Positions 41,272 to 54,518 of a DNA stretch of 64,000 bases are shown here, one piece after another. A model generated the notes under the pieces. That model searched no databases and was not told where the DNA came from. It worked only from the letters and a program-made list of their open reading frames with translations. The translations under genes and the position numbers were made by a program. The stretch covers positions 38,130,001-38,194,000 of the forward strand of contig NC_043002.1 in assembly GCF_006345805.1 (NCBI RefSeq). Reading direction: 5' to 3'. This stretch comes from Octopus sinensis. Taxonomy: Eukaryota. Each line of letters begins with the position of its first letter. Position 1 is the first letter of the stretch.

Positions 41272-41515
41272 GCGGAGGCGCGTGGCTTAGTGGTTAGGTT
41301 GTCAGCATCATGATTGTAAGATTGTGGTTTCGATTCCTGGACCGGGCGACGCGTTCTTGAGCAAAACACTTCATTTCACGTTACTCCAGTCCACTCTGCT
41401 GGCAAAAATTAGTAACGCTGCGATGGACTGGTGTCCCGTCCAGCTGGGGAACACATACGCCATAGAAACCGGGAAATCGGGCCCATGAGCCTGGCTAGGC
41501 TTTAAAAGGGCGCAT
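41272..41515 (+). mobile_element. V-domain-like tRNA SINE
   Basis: Head gcggaggcgcgtggcttagtggttagg..gtttcgattcc; tail gtaacgctgcgatggactggtgtcccgtccagctgggg. Confidence 0.85.
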
Positions 41516-41520
41516 TTGTG

Positions 41521-41811
41521 GAGGTGCAATGGCCCAGTGGTTGAGGCAGCGGACTCGCGGTCGGAGGATCGCGGTTTTGATTCTCAGACCGGGCGTTGTG
41601 TGTGTTTGTTGAGCGAAAACACCTAAAAGCTCCACGAGGCTCCGGCAGAGGGTGGTGGTGGCCCCTGTTGTACTCTTTCACAACAAATTTCTCTCACTCT
41701 CCCTTCCTGTTTCTGGAGTAACGCTGCGATGGACTGGTGTCCCGTCCAGCTGGGGGGAACACGTACGCCACAGAAACTGGGAAACCAGGCCCATGGGCTT
41801 GAAAAGGGCGA
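41521..41811 (+). mobile_element. tRNA SINE with a different head/body but the same 3' tail as the adjacent copy
   Basis: Head ggaggtgcaatggcccagtggttgagg; shared tail gtaacgctgcgatggactggtgtcccgtccagctgggg..aaaagggcg. Confidence 0.8.
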
Positions 41812-42059
41812 CGTTTTATCGCAGCATTATGAATAATGATTTGTTTAGGCGCAAATGTTTAACTGGTTCTGTATTTCATAGACCTATACTAAATTGAAAG
41901 ATTTGAAGTCAGAACAAAGAGTATCAGAAGTAATATATTTCTTTTAGATCAAATGTTAGATTTATCTCTACAGATTTTCTATAGAAATTATAACCAGCAC
42001 TGATTTGTTCCGATGTTTCATCTCCGAATAAATCTAATTTAAACAACAATGCGATCGAA

Positions 42060-42113
42060 GATGGGTGTATATGCATATTTCAGGAGTTATTGCACCTTCT
42101 TCAACACCACATC
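42060..42113 (-). ncRNA. Type I hammerhead-like motif F11 (C3->U)
   Basis: Minus: gatg(t)ggtg-TTGAAGA-AGG-tgcaataact-CCT-GAA-ATATGCATAT-A-cacccatc. Stem I is 8 bp with one bulge, helix III is a perfect 10-nt palindrome, triplet AUA. Confidence 0.75.
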
Positions 42114-44082
42114 CAACCCATTAATTCAACCTATTAATCCAACCCATTAATTTAACACCACATCCAACCTATTAATTATCCACCAACTCACTGTTTAACC
42201 AGTCACTAAATATAGCAGTATAACATTATTGAATATACCAATTTTACGTATTAACACATTCCTGACAGTTAGTAGTACATAAATGACTTGTAGTGACACC
42301 GTATTTCGTTATACAACCATATTATACTACAATTAATTTCTCGTATAATAATTACCTTCCATGGTTATTTTCGTTCAGTACGCTAATAATTATGCCCACT
42401 ATTACCACCCTCTCTTGTAACAGAGGTTCGAAATTTTGGCAAGGTCAGCAATATTAGGGAGGGATTCTAATTGATTACATTGACCATAGTGCTTAACTGA
42501 TATTTTATCGACCTTGAAAGGATGAAAGTCAAAGGAAGCGGTATTTCAATTCTGTTTGTAAAGGGCCAGGAGAAATAGTGCCAAGTATTTCGTCTGACAT
42601 GCTAACGATTCTGCTTGCCCACTGTCATTCTCTCTCGTTATAGCACTCATTTTTTTCTTCTAGAGACAGAGGGCCTGAAATCTGGGGGAGGGGATAAGTA
42701 GATTATATCGACCCCCGTGCTCGACTGATGCTTTATTTTATCAACCCCACAGGGATGGAAGGCAAAGTTGGTAAAATACAGTAGACAATTTTACCGATGT
42801 GCTACCGTCTCTGCCACCATACCGCCTTGTTCCATAGTAATAATACGCTGTTTGCTTAAGATACAAGTGGAGTCGTGTAAATAAATTGTAAAAATGTACT
42901 AATCTGATTCAGTTATTCTAGTCGCTTTCCCTGTCGGGACAAATTGGGAACTTATTCAATATCCCTTTCTCTCAATTACTATCTTTCACTTTTTCTTCTC
43001 TCTTTTCTTTCTTTTCTTTCTTTCTTTTTTCCCCAGTCGTAAGATGTACTCGCTATCGTTGTTACAGATTTGCTGTGCAATTCTTGCTCTTTTCAGATCG
43101 TTAGAGATAACATAAGTACAATATGGTTTGCTTAAGAAATAAGAACGTTGTTGTTGTTGTTGGTGGTGGTGGTGGTATTGGTAGTGTTGTTGTTGTTCCT
43201 GCAACTGTAGTTGTTTAATTCCAGTCTAGTCGTGATGGAGCAAACACACGATCGAGTGCGGTTTGAGGCATTAACAGACTATATTATCGAAGACAGCAGG
43301 AGTGGGTGGGTAGAAGACTTGAAGGTAGTTTGATTAGCAGCGCGAAGAACCGTACGTCAGTTAGCTTACTGGCTTGTATGAGATGGGTTAAAATGTCAGA
43401 TCATCATGACATTTTTATCTCAATCTCCCCGCGCACAAAATCATGTCTGCATGCATGCATATATATATCTGTATACATACCTATAAATATTATGGGCCAG
43501 GAGAAATAGTGCCAAGCATATGTGTGTATGTGTATGTATAAGAAAAAGAAAATGGCGAAATTGACATATTGACATCAATTTATTAAAACAAATCCAATTT
43601 CGAAGAATATCAAACTCATACAACCTACGATCGTAATCCATGTCCAATTAATTCAAATTAGAAATAATTGAATTAAATTAAATAAAAAATTCGTATTTAA
43701 GATAATTACTTGAACATTTCAACAGAGTTATAACTTGACGGAAAAAAAAGGGGCTGCATCCCAATGGGTTGATTGATCATTGGTAGACACAGCATTAAAT
43801 TTAGATACGTGCGATTGTGGACATATCTATCTATTGATGTCTGTAAGTCAATTGGTCCATTTTCTGTTATATATATATATGTATACATAAATGATAATGT
43901 ACCATATGCTTCAATATGAAGCGAACATCTTTTACTATTTCACCGATACACTGGTTAAAACCGGGGAAGATGGATGCTTGTATATAAATTTGTTTTAATT
44001 ACAATTTGTTTTTGTAATTCACATAATGTGACTCTTAACTCTCAATGAATATATATTTCCTCTGTGTGTGTGAGTGTGTCTG

Positions 44083-44158
<76 letters not shown>

Positions 44159-44299
44159 GTGTGTGTGAGTGGTATATATACAGTATATATATGTGTATAT
44201 ATATATATATGTGTATATGTATGTATATATATGTATATATATATATATGTGTGTGTGTATATATATGTATATATATATGTATATATATATATGTGCGTT

Positions 44300-44341
<42 letters not shown>

Positions 44342-45344
44342 ATGTGGTGGTAAGTTATCGTAAATTTAAAACAGTATAAATGATTCTTTAACACCCTTGT
44401 GACTTTTGGGACACCCTATATGGTGGGGGGCATATATGTGTGTGTGTTTGTGTGTGTGTGTGCGTGCGTGTGTGTGTAAATATGTAAGTATGAATGACGC
44501 AGTGAAATCTTAATGGTATGAAATGAATGAGACATTGAGAGAAAGAAGACTACTGGAATATGCAGAAAGTTACGAAAATTTATGTACGATAAATATTGAA
44601 GTTTAAATGCGGTAACAAAACGTACGGAGAAAATATTCAGCACTTTACGGCTAAAGCAATCTGAACACGGGAGTCGATGACGGAATATCAAACGGTGAAA
44701 GACTTTCCAATGGACTAAATATAGTAGACCAACCTAGTGTCAATTGTGCGTATAAATAGCGTATATACATACAGACATACAAGCGCGCACGCATTCACAT
44801 ACACACACACATGTATATCAGTGCATATGTTATAGACAAATATATAATTCTCTGTGCCTGTACACATAATGCATCTATACGTATATATTAATTAATATAT
44901 ACATAGACATGAAATGATTTTAGGATTTTATAATATAACATGCTTGTGTGTTGTACGTAAAAAAAAGTTATAAAATCTTTGAACACACCGCTGATAAGAT
45001 GTGTAAATTAGTCATCCATTTTAGCTAGGCTGTAATTTTTCGGTGATTTGCATAGATATTTGATAAAATAGTTCATTGTCGGAGGAATGAGAGTATCACA
45101 TGTCCTAAGAAGTTTGGTTGCGGGAGGACTGTATCTTTTGTTAATCTTTATACGAAGAGCATAATAAGTGGTGTTCAGATGGTTTTAGTATTCTACCGAT
45201 ACAGGTTTTAAATATGTCGTTTAGCGGCTTCACATACACACACGCACAAACGTACATATCCACATATAGACACAGACACACACACACCCACATACATACA
45301 TACACACATCCACATACATACACACACACACACATATATATTTC

Positions 45345-45472
45345 TTTACTACCCACAAGGGGCTACACACAGAGGGGACAAACAAGAACAGACAAAGGGA
45401 TTAAGTCGATTACATCGACTCCATTGCGTAACTGGTACTTAATTTATCGCCCCCCCCCCCCGAAAGGATGAA
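45345..45472 (-). mobile_element. SINE family E 3' part
   Basis: ctttactacccacaagggg..aagtcgattacatcgact..ggtacttaatttatcg..gaaaggatgaaag. Confidence 0.8.
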
Positions 45473-45592
45473 AGTCACACACATATATATAAGTATATCC
45501 ATTTGTGTGTGTGCGTACGTGTATGTATATATATATATATATACACACACACATGTATCCAATTATATATGCATGCATATACATATACATAC

Positions 45593-45647
<55 letters not shown>

Positions 45648-46364
45648 TGTACATGTGTGTTTATGTGTATATATATACACCGCGTTTGCTGATAAATATA
45701 GCACAAAGCATTTCTTCCTGATAATCTCAGTGAATTAGTACGAGACAAACATCATGGAATATAATTATCCAAAAGAAAGAATGGATAATCAGATTAACAA
45801 GTTGACATCGGCCACCCTACAATCAAGAAAACGCGACACTTTGTTCCGATTACAAAAGAGCTTTGTTCTTCTAACTTCTGTTGTGATATTAATATAATTA
45901 TTTGAATAGAAGTCAAAATGCATGTATAACCAGACATATAGTGCAATTATTAATAGCGTTTTCCTATTCGCTTGTCTTTATTCTTTATTAGTATTCTTTA
46001 TAGGTATTCTTTTGTGATACAAAAACTTACGAATGCTTAATACATCATTGTTTCACAGGTTTAAATCAAGAGAGTTTTAATTTGTCGGGAACTATCTGGA
46101 CGTTTCAGTTCTCTTACTTAAAGATGGATGGTACGGCATGACAGGTTTTTGCAATTCTAACTTTCATGTGGCAGACATACGATGAGACATTCACACGCGC
46201 ACACGCGCACTTATAAATATATTCATAAGATTGTGTATCTATTCTGTACACATGTGCAAATGTATAAATATGCATACATGCATATATGTGTGTGTGAGTA
46301 TCCTATTTAATATATATATATATATTATATATAAATATTTAAATAAATATATATATCATATTTA

Positions 46365-46427
<63 letters not shown>

Positions 46428-46430
46428 TAT

Positions 46431-46666
46431 AGATGGGCTGGACACGTCGCCCCGCTCACCGATTATCGTGGACACACGTAGTTGTCGAGTGGTACCCGCG
46501 CGAGCGGAAAAGACCACCCGGAAGACCTCCACGGCGGTGGAGTTACGATTTCAGGAGGACGAATTGGATCACGTGGATGAGAAAGACGTGATCCAGAGAG
46601 GAGTGGATAGCGTGCTGTGACCAGCGGTGTCAAATGGACGCCTGATGGACTGGTCGGTCAAGGTGA
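46431..46666 (+). pseudogene. RTE-clade LINE 3' end
   Basis: RWAGHVARSPIIVD/..VVEWYPRERKRPPGRPPRRW (frameshifted), followed by a (TA)n tail. Confidence 0.85.
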
Positions 46667-46676
46667 TATATATATA

Positions 46677-46935
46677 ACGGGAAAGTTTACGAAAATAAAC
46701 AAAAGACGAAGGCAGGTGGAGTACAAAAGAACAAATGTATTAGTATAGCGCTCAGGAATAGAAATAGAAAAAGTCTTTTACGTTTCGAGCCTACGCTCTT
46801 CGACAGAAAGATCCATAGAAAAAAAACAAGGAGAGAAAAAAATGCGTGTAGGAGCTAACGAACTATCATGGCGTCCTGACTTCGGACAGTAGTCAGACGC
46901 GAGAAGGACAGTAGGGGAGATAACAGGGTCAAGTG
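46677..46935 (-). mobile_element. Solo PLE terminal-repeat fragment, family F1
   Basis: Diverged relative of 48780-49085. HHR-like motif at 46774-46811 (tcttt-CTGTCGA-A-GAGC-gtag-GCTC-GAA-ACGT-A-aaaga). The 3' end lies at (TA)n. Confidence 0.8.
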
Positions 46936-47134
46936 ACTTCCAAAACGAAGGTGCCCCCAACACAAAGGTACGTGTGTGTATAAGAGAGTATGAATGTGCG
47001 TGTGAAAGAGGGCTGGTGGTCTGGAGATGTGTTTGTATGTATGTGTGTGTCTGTATTTGTGTGTGAGTATATATATATATATATATACTCATACATATTC
47101 ACACACACACACACATATATACATATATATATAT

Positions 47135-47175
<41 letters not shown>

Positions 47176-47765
47176 TGTGTGTGTATATGTGTGTGTATAT
47201 ATATATGTATCTATATATGTATGTATACATACGTACATATATATAGAAATATAGTTGTGTATCCATACACAAATACATATAAACATGCATACATACACAC
47301 AAACATGAGCACACCTATAAAACGTACGCCCTCGACGAGACGACCTCGATTTCTTTTCCTATCGCTCTGTTGCTCTGTTGCAGAAAACACGAGCAAACTT
47401 GAATGCTGGCACGCATACTAACATGCATTCAGTCGCAACTTCGTTCCAATCATCGATTGGAAAGCTGTGGAAGGAGGCTTTAGCGTGTTGGTTATGTCAC
47501 GTGTAGAGGAAACTGGTTCGTTTATCATTGTGTTTCCTGCTTCTTTCTCGTGAGGCGTTTCAACCTACTTCAATCTCTGTCTCTCATTCTTCTTTCCTTA
47601 CGTCTGCCTCCTGTCTCTCTCTCTTCTCCACCTTTCTCATTCTCTCTAACTTTCTCATTATCTTTTATTTACTCTCGTCCTACTCTGCAACTCTCTCTTT
47701 CTGCCTATCTATATATATGTCTGTCTGTCTATCAGTCTGCATGTCTACCTATTTGTCTGTGTCTG

Positions 47766-47831
<66 letters not shown>

Positions 47832-47845
47832 GATCTATCTACCTA

Positions 47846-47924
<79 letters not shown>

Positions 47925-48666
47925 ACACACATATATGTGTGTATGTTATTTCCAGAATTATTTTGTCAAGTTCCTCTCTGTAATTGGGGGAATCGACAGG
48001 TATTCTTCATATGAAATTTTGTCATTTAAAATTCTTCACAAGCCGAAATTTATTCACTTTTGTCCATTTATATTTCTGAAATTTTGTAATTTAGAATTTT
48101 TAACACTTTTTATTTTGAACTTGACAAAGACAGACTTAATGTTGAAATATCGTTCAACTAATAAAATATCTTACAATCGAATCGTGCTTCTCGTCTTGAC
48201 TGTTTACCTTTGTGAAGAGTTATGTCAGTACTTTTTAAAATATAATAATAACAATCATAATAATGATATCAAAATTAAAAGAAGAGTGACATTGGTATCT
48301 AGTGAACGTTATCTTCAGGATATATATGTATATCCTTCCTTCTCCCCCCTCTTCTTCCCCTCCCCTTCTCCCCCCTCTTCTCCCCCTCCCATCTTCTCCT
48401 CACTACACCACACGACTTTATACATCACATCATATATGATGTGCCATACTAATACGTACTAATACATACTAATACATACTAATACATACACCAACCCTAT
48501 ACATACACACGTCCAGACCCCTCATACGCACTTATACTCTCTCATACACACACACACACACACTTATACATACTAATACGTACTAATACATACTAATACA
48601 TACTAATACATACACCAACCCCATACATACGCCTGTCCAGACCTATCCCACGCACTAATACTCTCT

Positions 48667-48701
<35 letters not shown>

Positions 48702-48943
48702 ATACATACTAATACATACTAATACATACACCAACCCTATACATACACACGTCCAGACCCCTCCTACGCACTAATAGGTGGTCATTCAACCCTATTATCA
48801 ACCCTATTATCTCCCCTTATTTCGCTCTCGCGTCTCATGTTTGATCTTTGACTTCTGGCCGAAATCAGATCGCCATGTTGATTCGTTAGTTACTGCACGC
48901 ATTTTTTTCTCTCCTTCTTTCTGTGTTTTTTTCTCTCTGTGTA

Positions 48944-48981
48944 TCTTTCTGTTGAAGAGCGTAGGCTCGAAACGTTAAAGA
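48944..48981 (+). ncRNA. Hammerhead-like motif F1 in the 5' pLTR
   Basis: tcttt-CTGTTGA-A-GAGC-gtag-GCTC-GAA-ACGT-T-aaaga. Predicted cleavage after 48976. Confidence 0.7.
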
Positions 48982-49709
48982 CTTGTTTTATTTATATTTC
49001 CTGAGCGCCATACTAATACAATTGTTTGTTTGTTTTCCACCTGCCTTCGTCTTTTGTCTATTTTCATAAAGCTTCCGTTATATATTATGCGCTCACGTGG
49101 TCTCACTTTCATCCTATATTCTACCAATACCACTATCAACACTTACCTCTACCTTGGATTTTCTTTACCTCTTGGATACTTACCATTGGCTGCACCTCTC
49201 CTACGCGGATCAAAGTGACTTTGCATTGATGTGAAATCCTTAAAAAATATACCACGACGTCTACACATTTCTCACCTTGAACTTTCAACCTTGAACTTGT
49301 TCGCATAAACTGTCCCGTTTGTTGTATTTTTATTTTTTCATATATTACCACTTTTTTTACATTCATTTCATGCTTTCCACATTTTCCTACATTTTTGTTC
49401 TCCTTTCCGTCTTTCTTCCCTCTCTGGATGTCCATACTCTGTTTCCTCTGCCTGTCCCCCCCCCTTTTTTGCCTCCCCCTCTCTCTGCTTCCCTTCTTTC
49501 TTTCCTTTTTCCGTTTGCCCCGTTTTTTCTGCCCCTATCGCTTACTTATCTAGTTTTTTCATACGATTATTATTTTTTTGTTTTTTTGAACGTTTGTTTT
49601 TTCCCCTTTTTTCGCTATCCCTTCTTTTTCTATTTTTTTCATACGATAATTTTTTGTTTTTTGTTTTTTTTGTTTTTTCGAAGGTTTGTTTTTTTTCCGC
49701 TATCCCATC

Positions 49710-52520
49710 ATGCCGGATCCTAGGTCCTACCTCCTTACCCTCCATCACCGTTTGAAGGATTATCTCCGTTCCTGTATATTGCCTTCAGCCGTCCGTTAAT
49801 CTCTCTCTACTTCTTTTTAAAAAAACCCGCTTCTCTAGCCATGTCTCTTTCCTAAGCCGCTGCCTACATCACCGACTCATCCCAAAGTGTTTCCGCCTCC
49901 ACTTCCACCCTGCTCTCTACTCGGATTCTTCCATCTTACCCATACTCCGCACCACATCTTACCGCCTTATGCGGGCCACCATTCGCTCCAATCTCTCTAA
50001 ACTACATGCCATCAACCGCCTTCTTCCTCCTGCTTTCTCCACCTTCTTCTCCTCTCTGCCGCCTCTCTATGCTCCAAACACGCTACGCTTCATTATCCAT
50101 TTGAATCAACTCTTCCATCAATTTCTTTCTGATACCAAACTTCGTAAACTCCAATCACTCTTCCATTCCACCCTACCCGACGCCACTACCCCAACTCCTC
50201 CACCACCCTTCTCCCCTCCCGATAGGCTCCATCCACCCACACCTAACCCCACTGCCCCTCCCTACAACCCCTTCTCCCCTCCCGATAGGCTCCATCCACC
50301 TACACCTAACCCTACTCCCCCCCAACCACCCCCACACACCTCCCCAATTCCTCCCCCTCAGACCTCCACGAGACCTACCACCCCTCCTACTTCTATTCCA
50401 CCCACCCATTCTCCACTTCCGTCTGTTGTTACCATTCCCCCCGATCTTCCCCTCTCTGCGGCTGAACGCTCCGTCCTTGGTAGGGGTCTGCGTTTCATCC
50501 CCCTCACTCCATCCTGTAAGGAATTCCAGACGCGAGTTGATGTCCCAGCTTTGTGCGCCGTGTCCGGTTGGGTGCGCATTACACGACTCGCCACCCACAC
50601 CAACGAAGAGGACTGCTTCACTGGCCTGGGCCGCCGACCATCCCCGTGGACACCTGCCCCTGGCCAGATCCTAGCAGTGGATCTTTTCGCGGGCGCTTGT
50701 CAGCGTGCATTGGAGCGGTTCAACTTCTCAGGTGCCAACACGCCGCCTCAACATCTCCCCGGCTGAGCTCTTGGCTCTTCGTTCCCTCCAACGGCGCGCT
50801 GACATTATCATCAAACCGGCTGACAAGGGTGGAGCTGTAGTGGTGTGGCGCGCGGACCTCTATAGGGCCGAGGCTTTCCGCCAACTCAATGACACCTCCT
50901 TCTATTCCCCTCTGCCCTCTAACCCCACACGTAGCTACCAACAGACGGTATCCTCTACTGTCCGCGACCTCATCTCGTCCTCCCGTCTCCCCCGCACCGC
51001 ATCCAACCTAATTGTGCGAACCCCACGTACCCCCACCATTTACTTCCTCCCCAAAATCCACAAACCCAACAACCCTGGCCGCCCCATCGTCTCCGCCTGT
51101 AACTGCCCCACGGAGCTCATCTCTAAATCCTCGACCGTGTCCTTGCCCCCCCCCCTAGTGGCATCTCTTCCCTCCCACATCCACGATACCAACCATGCTC
51201 TCCGGCTTTTCAACTCTTTCTCCTTCCTCCCGGCTCCTCCAAAATCTTTTTTACTATGGACATCCAAAGCCTCTATACTGTTATCCCTCACCACGAAGGA
51301 CTGCAGGCCTTCGACACTTTCTTGACCTCCGCTCTAACCCTGTACCTGACACCTCCACACTCATTCGTCTGGCCGAACTTGTCCTTACTCTGAACTGCTT
51401 CTCGTTCGCGGGCGAGTTCTACCATCAGGTCTCGGGAGTGGAACGCGAATGGGCCCCAACTATGCGAACTGTTCGTTGGCTATGTGAGGCCCAAATATTC
51501 TCTAATTTCACTGGTCCCACTTCTGAAACTATATGGTCGTACATGACGACATTATCGGTGCCACCTCACTCTCCCGCGAACATCTAGATTCCTTCCTCTC
51601 TTTCGTCCAATCTTTCCATCCAGCCCTCCACTTCACTTCCACTATCTCCAACACCTCTGTCTCCTTCCTCGACATTTCGGTTAGCATTCTTCACTCCACT
51701 CTTACCACCTCATTCACTACAAACACACAGACTCACACTCATACCTCAACTTCTCTTCCTCCCCCCAGAACACACCAAGCTTTCCATCCCCTATTCCCAA
51801 TTCCTCCGTCTACGTAGGCTCTGTAGTGACGACCATGACTTTGAGACTCAGTCTCAACGTATGGCTCACACACTTCACCCTACGTGGATACCCTCTCACC
51901 ACTATCCACACCGCCCTTGCCAGAGCACGGTCCGTGGACCGTGTATCTGCTCTCTCTTCTCGAACCCGCCCTGTAGTCTCCCGCCTGTAGTCTCCGTCAT
52001 CTCCAGTCCGACCCGTCCACTTCACACCTCTTCCCTAACCGACCCCTCCCCTCTTTCAAACGGGTCCACAACCTTCGAGACCTTTTGGTCCATAGCTCCT
52101 TCCCTGACCCTACCTCACAACCCGGCTCGTTCCCCTGCTCCCGCCCACGTTGCCGCACTTGCCCTTACCTCTCCAACACCACCCGCCTCACTAGCACCCA
52201 CCATCGACCCTATCCCATCATCCACTCCTTCACCTGCACCTCCAGCAATATTATCTATTGCGTCTCTTTGCTCTCTCTGCAATTCCTTGTACATCGGACA
52301 AACGGGACGCGCTTGGCTGACCGGTTCGCGGAACACCTTCGTGACATCCACCTTGCGAACGACACACCGGTCTCACGCCATTTCCGCTCCACCGGTCACT
52401 CCTTGCAGCACCTATCTGTGTTCGGTTTGTCCTTACACAGAGGCCATCCGGATTCCCGTTTGCGCCGTGAACAGGAATTAATCTTCTCTCTTCGCTTTAT
52501 ACGTCATTTGGTCTCAACTC
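49710..52520 (+). pseudogene. PLE polyprotein: N-terminal domain, Pro-rich linker, RT, thumb, Cys motif, GIY-YIG endonuclease (frameshifted)
   Basis: HVSFLSRCLHHRLIPKCF; LGRGLRFIP; NISPAELLALRSL..IIIKPADKGGAVVVW; YFLPKIHKPNNPGRPIVS; MDIQSLYTVIP; DDIIG; FLDISV; IPYSQFLRLRRLCS; FPCSRPRCRTCPY; NIIYC..C..LYIGQTGR.LADRFAEHLRDI; EQELIF. The start ATG at 49710 is tentative. Confidence 0.92.
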
Positions 52521-53335
52521 TCCCCCCCTCCTCATATAACCCCCATCCCCCCCTCCTCACCTATCCTTCCCCCCCGACCCCTATCTTCAGTCCTTCATCC
52601 TTTCAACCCTACTCCCCTTCCCTTCTTCCCTCTTTCTCCCTCCCTCCTTCCCTCTTCCCCTTCCTCTGCCCCTCACTCCCCCTCTCTCTCTCTCCCCCCC
52701 CCTCTTTCCTCCTTCCCCCCTCCCCCTCCCCTTCCTTCCTTCCCCTCCTCCCCTCCCCCTCCCCTTAATCCCCCTCTTCTCCCCCTCTTCTCCTCACTAC
52801 ACCGCACGACTTTACACATCACTCATATATGATGTGCCATACTAATACATACACCAACTAAACATACTAATACGTACTAATACATACTCATACATACACC
52901 AACCCTATCATAACACGTCCAGACCCCTCATACGCACTTATACTCTCTCTACACACACACACACACTTATACATACTAATACGTAACTAATACATACTAA
53001 TACATACTAATACATACACCAACCCCATACATACGCCTGTCCAGACCTATCCCACGCACTAATACTCTCTCAACATACACACACACACACCCCTTATACT
53101 ACTAATACATACTAATACATACACCAACCCTATACATACACACGTCCAGACCCCTCCTACGCACTATAGGTGGTCATTCAACCCTATTATCAACCCTATT
53201 ATCTCCCCTTATTTCGCTCTCGCGTCTCATGTTGATCTTTGACTTCTGGCCGAAATCAGATCGCCATGTTGATTCGTTAGTTACTGCACGCATTTTTTTT
53301 CTCTCCTTCTTTCTGTGTTTTTTTCTCTCTGTGTA

Positions 53336-53373
53336 TCTTTCTGTTGAAGAGCGTAGGCTCGAAACGTTAAAGA
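53336..53373 (+). ncRNA. Hammerhead-like motif F1 in the 3' pLTR
   Basis: Identical to 48944-48981. Predicted cleavage after 53368. Confidence 0.7.
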
Positions 53374-53859
53374 CTTGTTTTATTTATATTTCCTGAGCGC
53401 CATACTAATACAATTGTTTGTTTGTTTTCCACCTGCCTTCGTCTTTTGTCTATTTTCATAAAGCTTCCCGTTATATATATATGTGTGTGTGTATGTGTGT
53501 GTATATATATATGTGTATGTGTGTGTGTGTTGTGTGTGTGTGTGTGTGTGTGTGCGTGTGTGTGTGTGTGTAGTTGAAATTTACAGAAAAAAAAGTAGAA
53601 GACAAGTGTAAAACAATAAACAGGTGTATTAGTTTGACACTTGGGAAAGTGAGTGAGAAATTCTTGAACAGGAAGAAATAACAGAAAATGAACAGAGAGA
53701 GAATTTAAAAAACTTGTAGATTTGGTGACCAAGGATACATACATACATACATACATACAATACATACATCATTAATACATACATACATTACATACATACA
53801 TACATGCATGTATGTATGTGTGCATGTATATATCACACACACATACACACATATATATG

Positions 53860-53892
<33 letters not shown>

Positions 53893-54067
53893 ATATATAT
53901 ATATATATGTATATATATAATAGTAGTATATATATATTATATATTATATATATAACGAACACAATTAAGGTTCAAAATTTACAAGAGTAGTTATTGATGT
54001 TATTGATGCTTTCTTAGATTATATCATGACAAAAGCCATTCATCGTTAGGGGAATTGTAAATATATG

Positions 54068-54345
54068 TCCTCTGGATTACTGCTCCCAACTGTGGTCGCT
54101 GCAGAGGGGTCAAATTGGTGTCGGAATTTTAGGCAATCCATCATAACTTCACAAAGGTGATTAGCTCCATGAAACAATGAGCTACCGGGTGATGTTACAA
54201 GAAACAAAGCTCTACTCCTTGAAGAGAAGGCGAGAAATGTATACAATGATATACATTTGGAAGTTCCTAGAAGATCCAGCCCCCAGTTTTTGAATTGAGA
54301 GATATGCCAACCATCGAAATAGACGGCATTGCATAATACCAAAGA
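54068..54345 (+). pseudogene. CR1-group LINE C-terminal fragment
   Basis: LDYCSQLWS..FTKVISSMKQ..KLYSLKRRREMYTMIYIWKFLE..ERYANHRNRRHCIIPK. Confidence 0.8.
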
Positions 54346-54486
54346 CACCTACCAGGAAAGAGATTTGCAATGTGTAGATGAAATTCCAAATGCAACCATT
54401 AAAAGAATAAAACAAAGAATAGAAGCAGGTAAGATAGAAATACATATATACATGCATTATAAATACATATACATACATACTTATAA

Positions 54487-54518
<32 letters not shown>

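Larger units (their letters stand above)
48392..53477 (+). mobile_element. Near full-length Penelope-like retroelement (Neptune-like) with direct terminal repeats (pLTRs)
   Basis: ~690-bp direct repeats 48392-49085 and 52786-53477 flank an RT + GIY-YIG coding region. Each repeat has an F1 HHR-like motif. The 3' end lies at (TA)n. Confidence 0.93.

Noticed and set aside
48445-48780. Repeat-spacer appearance suggestive of CRISPR
   Set aside because: The intervening sequences are themselves repeated, the region lies within a retroelement terminal repeat, and there are no cas genes.
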